A stretch of DNA of 53,722 nt, the filler included, from Sphacelaria rigidula (Eukaryota), in the NCBI GenBank assembly GCA_964200075.2. It is 5 parts of 5 records of this genome, joined end to end, with 100 filler letters (N's around TTAATTAATTAA, not from the genome) between each part and the next. Parts side by side here need not be neighbours in the genome. Positions count along the whole stretch, not along the records: positions 32,296 to 42,959 come from CAXNAA020006118.1; positions 43,060 to 53,722 come from CAXNAA020006119.1; 3 more parts are not named here. One strand, written 5' to 3'. Within the stretch, counting starts at the first letter, position 1, and the number at the start of each line of letters is the position of its first letter. The position numbers were made by a program, and so were the translations under genes. The notes beneath the pieces were generated by a model. It was not told the DNA's origin. It was given only the letters and a program-made list of their open reading frames with translations, and did no database searches. Below are positions 37,291-49,892 of the stretch, in pieces.

Positions 37291-38128
37291 CGTGCGACCG
37301 GTTGTACAACAGAGAAGCTCAATCACAGGATGCTAGCCCCCATTTTGGTCACGCTAGCAATAGTTAAGTCACCCGCACGACGTATCTCCTTTCACTCCGC
37401 ATACCAAGAAGGTCTACACGAGTGTTTGATCTCTCATACATACATCCCTCCAACTAGGATGCGGCAGACTGCTGTCCATGTTTTGCGGACGACGGGTGAA
37501 GTCAACGACTACAATAACACCCCCTAGCTTTCAATCATTAGATCCTGCCGCAAGGACGCAGCCGTCCTTGCTCGCGTGTGCGTGTGTATGGACAGTAGCG
37601 GTGACGAGAACATCACCCTGCTTTTCGACGACGTGTTCCACTGCGCACAGAGGCATTTTATGTCAAGCAGAGAGGCAGAGAGGCAGAGAGGCAGAGAGGC
37701 AGAGAGGAAGCTATCTTTGCATCGGTCAGCGCCAGAGACAGGGCACGACACAACCAGGACATCCCGCAATCTTGTTCCCCCAGCTCTGCTACAATTATCC
37801 CCCTGCCGACACATGGCAACATGGGTATGTGCTGGTACTGTAACATCACAATCTCTACAGCGATTGGGGATCGCCGAACGAGGACACACAAGGGACACCG
37901 GCGAGGAGATTCCTCTCCGCCGTTGCTCCTCGGGTGATATAGTCATCGACACGCGTGTGCACCACATCCGTTTGGTGCGCCTTACCACACCGGCGTAAGT
38001 GCAACAGAAGCTCTGGTTGCGAAAATGTCTTCCCGTGGTGATGCTGTTTGGCATTAATTCCCGATTTTTTTAAGGCAAGTTGAACACCATTTTAGTGCTG
38101 GATCCTATTTTCGAGGATCGGCTGTTTA
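36406..38128. mobile_element. ~1.72-kb element with ~245-bp terminal inverted repeats (foldback/Mutator-like, non-autonomous)
   Basis: 36406-36650 is the close reverse complement of 37879-38128 (AAACAGCCGATCCTC...GGATCCAGCACTAAAATG...GGAATCTCCTCGCCGGTGTC). No transposase ORF inside. Confidence 0.8.
37233..37288. repeat. (CA)n microsatellite
   Basis: Uninterrupted AC dinucleotide run. An (AGAGAGGC)n run lies nearby at 37667-37707. Confidence 0.95.
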
Positions 38129-38140
38129 CAACAGTGGTTG

Positions 38141-38657
38141 TAATGGTGTGTCGGGTAGGATTTACCCGATACTCGCGTGTTTTGAAGAGTCGTACTTTTG
38201 GTACTCAAAGGGTTGAGTCTAGTATTGAGATCGTACCCATCTTATCCGAAACTTGAGCAGAGTATTATTGAGGTCATATCTATATGATACTCCAAACGCA
38301 GATATTACCGAGGTTACTTACCCGCTTTGGGGGTAAAGTGTTGAGATCATACCCAACTCAAAGCAATTATTCGACAGAAGATGGAAGCCGTACCCAAGTG
38401 ATACTCTATTTACCCAGGTATTGCTGAGAGTACTTACACAATATTGGGGAGTATTGGCATCATATCCAACTCTACCCATTATACAAAGGTAGAGTATTGG
38501 CATTATACCTAACTTTACCCAATTTTGAGGTAGAGTGTTTCTAGGTCGTACCGAATCTATCCATAAGTTGGGTGCAATAGAAATTCCCGGGTATTATACC
38601 CGGGTATGATACCCGGGTACACAAAAAAGAGGCCATACCCTACCCGACACACCCTTG
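38141..38657. mobile_element. hAT-like MITE with an internal ~43-bp degenerate tandem repeat
   Basis: TIRs TAATGGTGTGTCGGGTAGG and CCTACCCGACACACCCTTG; 8-bp flanks AGTGGTTG and TATGGTTG (6/8 match). Internal units resemble GAGTATTGAG.TCATACCCAA.CTACCC. Confidence 0.65.
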
Positions 38658-39179
38658 TATGGTTGCACGCCGGGCATGGAAAATGATCACATGGTACACA
38701 TAGTGCCAGAAGCATCAAGACTATGGTGAATGACAGAGAGCGAAGCGATTGTAGGTCAACTCTGTTGCGGTGCTACATCTCGCGCTGGTGTTGCGTTACA
38801 TGGGTGACACTACAGCAGCGGGAAGGACTTGAACAGAGATAATATCTTCACCAGATAAAAGGGGCGGAAGTCAAGGTGACCTTTGAAGCTCACCGTTCTA
38901 CACCTTATTCGTCCTCCAAATCGGCATCTGTTTAATGACCTCACCTCACGGCTGCGGCCTCGTCAACCACCTCCACCGGTGATGCTTTGTGAACGACACT
39001 ACACCCAGTTGTAGCTCATGTCGCTGCGAGCACTTAGATATACTTGCTTTTGGACAGGGCTCGGAAACCGCGAAGTTGCGCAAGAACATGCACGAAAACG
39101 CTTGAACTGTTTGTCGACCCCACTGCAGCCCGGGGGGCGCCGGCTGTCTGTGCAGTGTTTGACTTGATGTTCAATAGTA

Positions 39180-39451
39180 CCGAGAGTGATGCTACGGTAG
39201 GGGTGCACAAATATTTTCTGAGGTTAGAACTGCTAGGAGCCCTTCATCTCATGCAAAACACGACCTATGACAATATGTGAAAGTACGCCACTATTACTAC
39301 TCCAATGTGCTGGGGATATCCCGAATGAATATGCAAACGGGGATGCCTTGACCCATATTTTTGTGCATCTTGAATCGTTAGGAGCCTCTGAACTAGGCAT
39401 AATTTCGCGAAAAAAGTGCACCCCTACGGTAACCGTAGCATTGCTCCCGAG
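39180..39451. repeat. Short inverted-repeat element (~270 bp)
   Basis: CGAGAGTGATGCTACGGTAGGGGTGCAC (39181-39208) versus GTGCACCCCTACGGTAACCGTAGCATTGCTCCCG (39416-39449). Confidence 0.5.
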
Positions 39452-41157
39452 TGCCTGAGGGATGATCTCCACGTGTTCGGAAGCTCAGACGGTCGTACCG
39501 ACGACAACCGACGAACCTTCGAAGTTAACAGTGTCCTCTGGACTATAGCAGCGAAAGGGGAAGGAGGGATGCCGTGGCACGCGGGAGTTGTGCGGGGGGC
39601 AGAGGGGTTTATGAACTCATGACACAAGGACGACGAGGAGGCCAGCCGACTACGTGCGATTAGACAGGGCACAAAATAACTCAGCACAACACATACGACA
39701 TCGAGGAGCCCGGGGGGGGAGCACAAGCAGGGGACTAAGCTTAGACTTGTTCAGATTAAGGATACAAATACGGTTGGGGAGAGCAGGGGGGAGATGGCAG
39801 AATGTGTCGCAATATATGCACCGGATTGAATGTGGCGTAACCGGCAGGAATACCCGCCACCCCCCTAAGCCTTACCTTTTTTGTTTATTCCTTGCTTCCA
39901 GTGTACCCTTCCTCGATGTGTCGTTTTGTTATGCGGTGTTCTTTTCGTTATATACAGTACCTTCGTAAATGTGGTTATCCCTCAAGTACTTGTGTACGGC
40001 GGGGGTATGCCTGAAAAGTGAAAACCCGACATGAAAATATTCTGGCATTTTCAGGATGTGTGATAACTTCATTTTGTCTTGAAAGAACAGCGGATCATCA
40101 AAATTGAGGATCGGGTTTTTCATTGAGGATAAAAAGGCCACGGAACGGCACGCGGAAAGTGTCCAGATATTTCTCCCCCGAAGAGTCCGTTCCCCATATA
40201 AATTAGAAGTAGAGTGAGATTCGAATTCTTAGGGTCCAACCGGATCGCTCAAATGGCTGTGTCCCCCATACCTGGTGGTCGGGATTGTTTTTTATATTAA
40301 TGCAGGTCACGACCTGAATTTGAATTTCGAATAAACCAAAGTGCGTTTTTAAGCTCAGAGTTCAGGGTTGACACAGTACAAACGCAACATTCTTTTTCCG
40401 CCGCCGATTTCAATACGAAATAATAAGAACAGTCATGATCAGGGCGAGTTGGATTGTAAAAACTGCTCAAGAGGGGTCACGCCAGCTTTTGAAAGTTGGG
40501 CAGTCCGTCGGCAAAGTAAACTCCAGACGGCTCCAGGACACCTTTGAGTTTTCGGTGGCCCCAGTTTTTTTCGCTAAACTCGCATTCTTATCCAAGAACT
40601 ACCGAACTGTTTCCGGGGAACAGATATATGGGCATCTTCCATGCGCCGTTCCGGGGCTTCCTCATTCTCAACGCAAAGCTCCATCCCCAATTTTGATGAT
40701 CGGCTGTTAAATTGAGCATACAACATTAGTATCTTGATGTTGAAACCCCCCACACATGTTCAGATATGTGCGGGAAAAGGCATGACCGGCGTAAACCCGA
40801 CGGGCAATACACCCTGGACTAGTGGGGGTACGAGAATAGAACCGTGCGAAGTTTACTGTCCTGGTTGGTGACATTTGGTTCTCGATTCTAGTTGTTTTTG
40901 CTTGGCTTCGCGTGTCGAGTGAGGGCGATTGATCTTATTCCATTTTTCCCTAGCGGTCGCCTGCGTCATCTTATCTTTTGGGTTATCATTTTTCCTCTTT
41001 TTATCGTATCGAGCCTGTGTTGATTTTTCTTGGCCCATTCCTTCCAATTCTTCTATTTCCATATAACTTATTTCGGGTGGTGAGCCTGTGAACACAGAAT
41101 TGATCCCTGTCAGACACCCAGTACGAATGTTCGAAGGTACTGCGCAGAGATCGGAAC

Positions 41158-41234
41158 ATCAACAACAACGACAACGACAACGACGACAACGACGACAACA
41201 ACAACGACGACAACGGCAAGGGCAACGGCAACAA
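41158..41234 (+). repeat. (CAA/CGA/CGG)n trinucleotide microsatellite
   Basis: CAACAACAACGACAACGACAACGACGACAA... Confidence 0.9.
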
Positions 41235-41748
41235 AACCGTCTGCGTTTCTTGCCTTGTTTCATCAGCCTGTCAGTACGAGGACGCAAATATACCGTACTG
41301 TACACGAGCATCAGGAGCAGCCAGCACTGTCAAGTCGCGCTGGCTAGACTATCCGAGTTGCCTGGGATGTACACTGTTGCAATTAACTATACAACACAGT
41401 TCTCCCCGTTGAGAAACACGGGTTGAGTGATTTAATGATGCACTGTAGTGTGCTTACTGCTGTACTCGACCGAACTTGAATGCTCATTTCAGTCGTGTAC
41501 GGCACTGTACATGTGTCTCTGAATACAGGTCAGCCATGTCCTTTGTGATATCAGAAAGGCAATGTTTGCATGGTACCCTACAACTGTACTTCTGCCGTCT
41601 CAGACTGTAGCCCCCTGGTATTACGAGAGTTTCGAAAACAGCGCGATATTTTCGCAGCGTAACGCTGTCCCGCCTACCGCAGCGTAGGCTTCGACTTTCA
41701 TTTGTGGCGAAATTCACGCTAAGCATCATAATTCGTTTTGTCGTTCAG

Positions 41749-42020
41749 GTTCAGCTGTTTATCTCCGATCCCGTGGATGCAACATTCGGGGCTTACCGGG
41801 GAGCCCAATGCATAGTCGATGTGATTGATGAACCGTGACCACGAGAACGCTCAAGGGGTACATCCGCGGCCGTGATTCCGTCCGCCTCGAGCGGGTGATG
41901 CAGATCTCAGCCTTCTTCGACAAGTAGGCAAAGGAGATGAAGCGGCGATGCACTGGCCCCACCCGAAAAGAGTGGAATAAGACTCTCATCTCGCACCAGT
42001 CGTTTTTCGACCTGAAGCTG
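41749..42020 (+). pseudogene. Probable P-element-like (THAP9-type) transposase exon, decayed
   Basis: After ttcag: ...IVDVI, a frameshift, then TLKGYIRGRDSVRLERVMQISAFFDK*AKEMKRRCTGPTRKEWNKTLISHQSFFDLKL and a gt donor. Spacing resembles the D.xN...K..I...D.RL..L...F..W...IS.QT..DL stretch of P-type transposases. Recognised from memory only. Confidence 0.45.
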
Positions 42021-42959
42021 GTATTATTTTCATCGTCAGCATGTACCTTCACCCCTTCGCCTTGCGGCTACACAACAGAGCTGCGTCAGATGGGAAGGGT
42101 CGAATCAATTACCGCACACCCGGCCAGGCGTGGTATGAAGGGTGGTGTTGCAAGTCACACTAGATTTCGGGTTTTGCACCTTGGATGCTCGACGTGGATC
42201 GCAGACAATACCCATTTGAGAAAGTTTCCGCGGTCACCACAATCAAGCTCGGCACGGCACTGCGTTTGTGTGAAGTGTATATGCAGTTCACTGTTGTGTT
42301 TACAAGTGCTGTACTCACAGTCCTTGGACTGCCATTTAGAATACTGCAGATGGACGTCGAGAAGGTCCGAGTCCTGCTACGATGAGACAGGGTGTATTCA
42401 TGATCATGCATGCCATAGTCTAGTTATCGGACCATTGACCTCGTATCCCGTACAAAGCCGGGACAGAGCACGCCCGGTTTTCGCCGGACCAGGCTCGCAC
42501 TCAATCACCAAGCGCGAAGCTCCGTGGTGTGTTCGGCGAGTCGCATGAAGGGTGAGCTGCATCCTGCTAAGATTGTTCGGCCCGAAGCCTACTGATTATC
42601 TTGCGTGTGGATGACAGCCTCCAATGAGTTGCTTCATTATCTGGTATCGCCACTTCCAGACAGCACCGGCTTACGCATTGCGTCATGGGTTTTTTACCAT
42701 TTAAATACTACGTAGTGCGATCATCCCCATTGTGCGGAGTCGAGGTTCTCCCACGCCACACAGCATGATCTAGCTGGACCACCATCATGGTTACCGCAAA
42801 AAAAAACGCAAGTGCGCAAAAACATTGGTAACCTGGTTGCCCAGCTTACGCAGTGAGTGGCGTGTTTTATAGCGTTATCGCCAACCGACGCCAGCCCCAT
42901 CGGGGATCCGCCCCTACAAAGCCGGGACGGAGCACGCCGGGTTCTCGCCAGACCAGGCT

Positions 42960-43059
42960 NNNNNNNNNNNNNNNNNNNNNNNNNNNNNNNNNNNNNNNNN
43001 NNNTTAATTAATTAANNNNNNNNNNNNNNNNNNNNNNNNNNNNNNNNNNNNNNNNNNNN
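42960..43059. other. Artificial 100-nt scaffold linker
   Basis: N44-TTAATTAATTAA-N44. Confidence 0.95.
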
Positions 43060-43164
43060 ACCAACAAAGCACAAAAAGAAATGGCCGACCTAAAACAAGA
43101 AAAAGGAAAACAAGAGGAAAGTACAGAGCAAAGAAAAGAAAATAGAATGAAACGATGGAAAATA

Positions 43165-43488
43165 TACATGTGAAACGTGCAACGTAATATGTAGCGTTTA
43201 ATGTCACGTGTCACGTGTAATACACGTGACACGTGTAATATGCGTGACACGTGACATGAAACGTTACATATCACATGATTCGAACGTTTGGACAATTTAA
43301 CGTAACGTGACACGTGACGCGTGCCACGTTCGTAAAATTTTACGTGACCGTGCCATCTGGAAATTCAACGTAACGTGAACGTGACGTTAATCACGTTGAA
43401 AATACTTAACGTGAACGTAACGTGACCCCCAAAACGTAACGTTCACGTCAGGTGTCACGCTGTGTCATGTGTCACGTATCCCTCCCTG
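43165..43488 (-). repeat. ACGT/CACGTG-rich iterated tract, probably a transposon subterminal region
   Basis: Dense repeats of CACGTG, AACGTG and AACGTA. The tract ends in GTCACGTATCCCTCCCTG (CAGGG... on the minus strand, a hAT-like terminus). Confidence 0.6.
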
Positions 43489-43706
43489 AAATTTACCGTC
43501 TTTTTTTGTGCTCTCGTGAAGTCATATTGCGTGAAAACGTGCCTCCGGAATGGCGCCTCCAGCAGGGCCCTCCGGGGGCGTCTCAGGCGGGGGGCCCTCT
43601 GCCGGGGGGGGCTTTTGGTTCGCGGCTGCGCCGCTCGATGGCCGAACCATTCTGTACAGTTTTACCGCTTAATGAGCGCGCTACGCGTAACCATTCAACT
43701 GCTTAA

Positions 43707-43804
43707 CCCTTAGACCGCGAGATTAGTCTTTCTGGGTCATGCATACTTTTTTTCACTTGAAATTGATGCCGATTCAACAGAAGACTAACTTCGCGGTCTA
43801 AGGG
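43707..43804. mobile_element. Full-length family-1 piggyBac-type MITE (cleanest copy)
   Basis: TTAA | CCCTTAGACCGCGAGATTAGTCTT ... AAGACTAACTTCGCGGTCTAAGGG | TTAA: 98 bp, ~24-bp TIR, perfect TTAA duplication. Confidence 0.85.
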
Positions 43805-46800
43805 TTAATGGTTACAATGGACGACCCATTTCGGAGCTCTATTGATTAATGTATTTGATTGATTGATGAATTGATTGATTGATTATCTCACATTATTACC
43901 TGATTGCAACAATCCAGCCCGTGGTCATTTATTTATTATTATTTATCAAGTGATTATTGATGAATTAAGTAATTATTTTTTCGGATGGATAGTTGGATGG
44001 TTGGTTGGGATTTACTTCTATTTTTTGGGCAAGGGAGAGATAATATGCTCAAGCAATGGATCTATAATGGACTATCTATACTTATTGTTGTGTCCATTGT
44101 CCATTGTCTAGAGTGTGGTGAAAATACGTGGTCATTGAGCTACGAATGTACGTTGAGTGACAGGGCGTGGGGCAGCTGGACAGGGAAGTATAGAAGTACC
44201 CAAGTGATACGGGATGCGAGGGGGAGCCTCGCATCTTGTCATGGATAAAAGGGACAGGCAGACCGAACGGAGGAAATTGAATGCTCATAAAAACGACGTG
44301 CTACGTGATATACTACAGACTACTGTATATCGCTCCGAAGCTGGAAGATCTCGAGACATCTCCCCGAGAACTTTATTTAGCCGAAAACGTGAAGAATATT
44401 GACTATTCGAACATTCCTTGTGGCTAAGGGTTTCATATCGACATAGACCAGGAGGCATGTTGCGTTGGCACAACTGGGATTCACAAGTGACTACATTGAC
44501 TGTCCACTAGTAAATAGAATGTTAGCATGCGACTTGTCAAACGTAGGCATGCAAAATCCAAACAACTGCAACAACAACAGTGGTGGTGGTATCTCTTCCT
44601 CTTCGGAGTCTTCGCCCATCTCACCTCTCAGCTCGCGATCAGGAGGTTCAGGCGCTATGATTGGTTGAGGCAACCGCATGCGGCGGAATTTCTCAATTCA
44701 ATTTTAACAGGTGCAGCCCACAATATACTCGATCGATGTTGATCATCAGCTGTGCACGGCGCATGTGGAGCCGAAGTGCAAGATCTCTGTGCCATGGCTC
44801 TATTCTTCGTGGATCAACACTGGCAAAGAGACACCGGCAGCACATGGCAATTCAAACACCCGGCCTGACTGACAATCGACTTTTCATGGTCAGGTAATGT
44901 ACTGTACTGGAGGCGGGCAGACTCTCACTCCCGCTCTAATGTTCGAGGTAGGACAGGCTGTGTGGCAATGTGTTGGGCTGGGGTTGTAGGATCACGACTA
45001 GGGTTGGGGCCAAGTTGGGCAAATGTCTTGTCTCGTCTAATTGCTGATTGTACCGTACTACACTTCACTGTGTTGCTACGCTCTGTGCTTCACGAACTCC
45101 TTTTATCCGTAGTATACTACATGATCTAACGGCTCAGACTGATTTGTATGTACTCACCAGCGCACGGCAACTTCACCGTTATTCTCTACTGCTGTACTGC
45201 GTACAGTGCGTACCGTTACGCTGTACTGTTTGCACTGACTGAACAATCACAGCGGCAACGCGGCACATGATTAACCCTTTCAGCGCCTATGAGTACGTAG
45301 GAATCTCACGGTACAAAGTACAGAACAAACGATGCAATTGCTCACAGAATCCTCACAAAATCCTCACAGTACTACAGTAGACTGTTCCGTTCATATGTTA
45401 CCAGCTTCAACACTCGCGCTGCCTGCGATCGAACAGTAAGCTGGCTGGATATCCAGGCCGCCGTTCTGCATGCCTGCTACTATGTGTGCCTACCACTCTC
45501 TCAGCGTGCTAAATGCCAGTCGCTTCGATGTTCGGTATCAGCCGCACAGGCGTTCCAAGCCCTGAGCCTGTAAGGTTCTATTCGGCGTTCACCATCGCAT
45601 GTATTATGAGTTATGTGTGAACTCAATTTTATTCATTTGTGTGATCAGAAATTATTTCGCTCCCACGAAACACCTGTTTCCTCGATTGGCAATATTCTGC
45701 TTTTCAGGTAGGTTTGTCCCAGTTCGGCGCCATTCTATCCATGGTTGACACATTTTTGTAAGTGCGCTAACGCTAACCCCATTCCCAACACAACGCATAC
45801 CGAGAAACCTAGGGCAAGGGCGGTGCAAAGGGTGCGTAGGCAAAGTGTGCGTTGTCACACCTCAAGGCGCTAATTTGGATAAAAACGTGTTCTACGCACG
45901 CTAGGAAGCACCTCGGACTGCCAGCCCCCCTACAGATCCGAATCTCGGTGTGCATTCTCGAGTCAGGCAATATCAACCACGGAAGCATGGCGCCGAACTG
46001 GAATAAACCCTAATGCCTCTTGTTATCCCTCCGACGAGAGTTCGGAATCGCTTTTCGCGGGAAGAGACAACGCCATCATGTGAACGAGGTGGTCTGGGCC
46101 CGCTAGGCAATTGCCACGTATACAGCTCGTGACTTTTCTTGGCATTTTTTACACACCACCAGTAGTTGCTCTGCAATCGCGCACCAGTATTGTTGCTCTT
46201 CCATCATATGGAGGCATTTGCGTCGGAGACGTGTACGTTCCAGTAGCTTGAATAATCTTCCGCAGTTTCAATTCTCTTGTCCTCGGAGAGGAGGTCATCG
46301 TGGGAAGAAGGGTGGGCTCTGTCAGCTTCATCAGGTGGCTTTACTGCTGGTGCCCCACAGTGGAAAAGGCCGCATCACGGACGAGATCCGTCACTGTACA
46401 TATCGCGAGTGATTGCTGCTGAAAAGATGTCTCTTCAGGCTAGAACGGGGCAAAGTTGGTGCAGGGTTCTCCAGATGCGGGCCCCATCCCCTGCGCATCA
46501 GTCTTGAAACACACATATATAGAATATACTGCTTGCTGTCCGTGTTCGCTGCTGCGTACCAACCGCAGCAATGACGCCTTGGGTGGTACTACCTGCTCAC
46601 TGCACAGCGGCAGGGTGCAGGGTGACATAGCACACTACAGAACGTCATGTCCCTAGCCTATCCCAGTGCTGCATTGATTCTCCGCTGCCATATGCGATTC
46701 GCCACAACATGAACGCAGATGCTTATGCTGCGGCCAACGTGTGCGTGAGATATCACCCCTCGCGACGCGCTATATCGCTACGCCACATTTTGTACAGCTG

Positions 46801-47616
46801 CCCGTGTTGCAGCTGAGTGTGCGTTTGCTTGGATACCAAAAATTTATTCCCCGGCTGATGACAAAAGCAAAACCCAGCCAATATGCACAAATGTGGTACC
46901 ATACTGACCGCAATGAACAGACAAAAATGGTGGCATAGCCATATTTTCGTTCAAGGCTATTGCGGTGGCGCTATCGACAAAAGTATGTCTCGACCAATCA
47001 GCGCCCTCCAAATTGTTCCGAAAATGAAAGCACGAATTCCAAGCCCAATTTCCACCGAATCTCCACATGGTTCAACTCGTAGTAGCCGTCATCAGCCTTG
47101 GAATCTAACGGGAGAAACAGAGTTGAAAACGGTTCCAACGGGGTCGAATTTCGCCCAAAACCGTACTGTTTCGGTGATGTGGAGCTTTGGCGTCGTCCAA
47201 CTTCCACTCGTGATATGTACGAAAGACCCACGGAGCCTCGTGACGATTTCCCCTTTATCTGTTGCAGAAAAGCTCAGATCATCCTCAAACTTGGCAGTTT
47301 CGTAGGTATTGATGCTCCAAATGGAAAAATTGCAATCTTGGCAAGATTTCAAAGTTTCTCCGTTCTCTACCGGCTTCCGGGGGTCGCAGCATAAAACCCC
47401 CGGAAACCGGTACATAATGCCTCAACCCCCAAATTTCGACACCTTAGGGTTAGTGGTATCCCAAGGAACATTTGTGTGAATTTTCATTACCTCACTCGAA
47501 AATCTTGAGTAGAACAGCGCGTGCAAGCCAAAAAGAACCGGTAAAATCGTCACTTGATACTTTAACCAAGTAATTAGGGGGACACGCAGACATTTTCATA
47601 ATTCAGCGCACGTTTT

Positions 47617-47905
47617 AGGATTTCCTCACGCCGTTTCTTCGAGTGAGACCACGAAATTTTGCACACGTGTTCTAGACGTCACTATCTAAAACTCGAAGAG
47701 GGGGGGGGGGTCAATTTTTTGTCTTGGTGGCCGGTTATTCGGGGTCCCGATTGGAGTACTTGACTTGGGGGGGGGGCAAAATCCGGCTATCTCGACAGCG
47801 AAACCCCAAATAAAAAAAAACTCTCTTCGAGTTTTAGATACTGCTTCCAGAATATGTGTGCGAAATTTCGTGGTCTAACTCGAAAAAACGGCGTGAGGAA
47901 ATCCT
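47617..47905. mobile_element. MITE with ~85-bp terminal inverted repeats
   Basis: AGGATTTCCTCACGCCGTTT.TTCGAGT.AGACCACGAAATTT.GCACAC...TATCTAAAACTCGAAGAG is mirrored at 47823-47905. Confidence 0.8.
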
Positions 47906-48535
47906 GTGCACTAAATTTTGGGCGTTCAATCTGAACCAGCTTGTACGTGGCGCACGCAGGAGTAAAAGTTCGCCTCCGCTGCTATTATGGCTGCCCATAT
48001 CTGGGGCGAACCTGTATGATAAGACAGCCGCTATGGCATGAAATCCGGCTGTAACATTTTACATCGTAGAGATTTTCACCCGCTGGTGTCTAAATGTAGC
48101 GTGCAGTCACCGACTACAAGTACGAGTATTACACAAATTACAGCAGGCAATAGATCCCATACTGTGCGCAGTACACTTTTCAACATGGTGTACGCACTGA
48201 CTGTAGAAATCTTTCCCCAGGGCGTAGTACATTTCAGATATAATTTGTCGCGGTGAGATCGTGAAAAAATCCGCAATATATGGGCAAAGTGCAAGTGGGG
48301 CAATCGCCAACATATTCACAGTCAACCTCTGCCCTAGGGCACTAAAAGTTGGTATCGGTAGAAGAACAATACTATAACCACCTTGCCGGCTGCCAGACTG
48401 TCAGCACTTGAGATACGCTAGGATTTCTACCATCTGTAGGGGTATACTGCTCCCTTGTCGGGTACGCTGGCAAGGGTCCGTGGCAGAACGCAGTGGTCGC
48501 GCTTTACTGTCGAGGTTTCTGGGCCGGGAACCTGC

Positions 48536-49859
48536 CAAGGACACGTCGAGTATAGTATAGTCAATACTCGATATTTTTAACAAGTCATGCTTCGAGTACC
48601 CGAAATTTGAGTAGAGTATTTGAGATCATACTCAATCTACCCAGAATTTGAGCAAAGTATTGATATCATACCGGAGTGATGCTCTATACTCAAATATTTC
48701 CGAGAGTACACACCCAATTTTTGAGTGGAGCATTTGAAGTCATACCCAATCTACCCAGAATTTGAGCAAAGTATTGAGGTCATACCCAATCTACCGAAAA
48801 CTTGAGTAGATTATTCGCGGTCATACTCAACGTACCCAACATTTAAGTAGAGTATTTGAGATCATACCCAATCTACCCGAAATTTGGGTGGAGTATTTGA
48901 GGCCGCACCCAATGTACCAAAATCTTGGGTATAACTTGAGTATTCAAGTTCGTGCGCAACATACCCGAACTGGGGTGGAGTAAATACCCAGGTATTGCTA
49001 GAGTTGCCCACCCATGATTAGTGCTGATCCCCGATCAAACTCAAGCAAACATTCGGATATGTAAACGATTGTGAATGTTGACAATTTTTTTAGCATCTCC
49101 GTCAACTCCTACTGACTACTAATTAAATGCAGTAGTTTACCGTTCCCCCACCCACCCCCGACATTATTCTAGTCTAGAGTCATGCCACCCGGATTCAACG
49201 CTGTGTTGAGCAGTGAAGACCGCGTCTTGCATTGTTTTCACCGCTGGGTTTCCCATGGAGGAGTCAGATGTATGGCTTGTAGAGTCGCTTATTTTGACAA
49301 TATTTACCGGACTACCCATCTACTCGATTACCCAATGATGATGAGTAGCGCTTTGTACTGAAACTGATATCAAAGAGGTTGTGAGGTATGAAGTATGTGC
49401 TGCCATGGGTAGGGGCAGGTGAGCTGGGGCAGGTAGGTTGATTCACCTGCACATTTTTCCTTCTTTTTTTTATGGCCACCATTCCCTCATACTCATTGCA
49501 GCACGTGACGTAACGTCACTCATCTCATCGATGACCATCGTTCGCCCATATATTCAACATAGTCTGTAAAGTGACGTCACGACGTCGCCGACGGTCACGG
49601 GTACTCACCATACCACAGTGATCTACCCGAAATTTGAGCAGAGAATTGAGGTTATACCCAAGTAATACTCTATACTCGAGTATTAGTTAGAGTACTTACC
49701 CAAAACTTGAGTAGAGAAATCGAAGTCGTACTCCATCCACCCAAAACTTGACTAGAGTATTTGAGGCCGTATCCAATCTACCCAAAAAATTAGTAGAGTG
49801 AATACTCGGGTAATTTACCCGAGTATTCAAAAGTACATACTCTACTCGATTTGCCCTTG
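48536..49859. mobile_element. hAT-like non-autonomous element built from a ~43-bp tandem array, interrupted by ~600 bp of unrelated DNA
   Basis: Ends CAAGGACACGTCGAGTATAGTA and TACTCTACTCGATTTGCCCTTG are imperfect inverted repeats. Units TTGAGTAGAGTATTTGAG.TCATACCCAATCTACCC.GAA.T fill 48595-48990 and 49620-49850. The same unit occurs in 38141-38657. Confidence 0.65.
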
Positions 49860-49892
49860 AAATCTCTAGCCCCCGACCCTCGTGTATATTAG

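Noticed and set aside
10667..43059. Regular ~10.76-kb recurrence of TTAATTAATTAA as a biological periodic signal or piggyBac target
   Set aside because: Each instance is embedded in N runs of fixed length; it is an assembly linker.
48595..48990. CRISPR-like array
   Set aside because: Units are contiguous degenerate tandem repeats without unique spacers; no cas genes; eukaryotic context.
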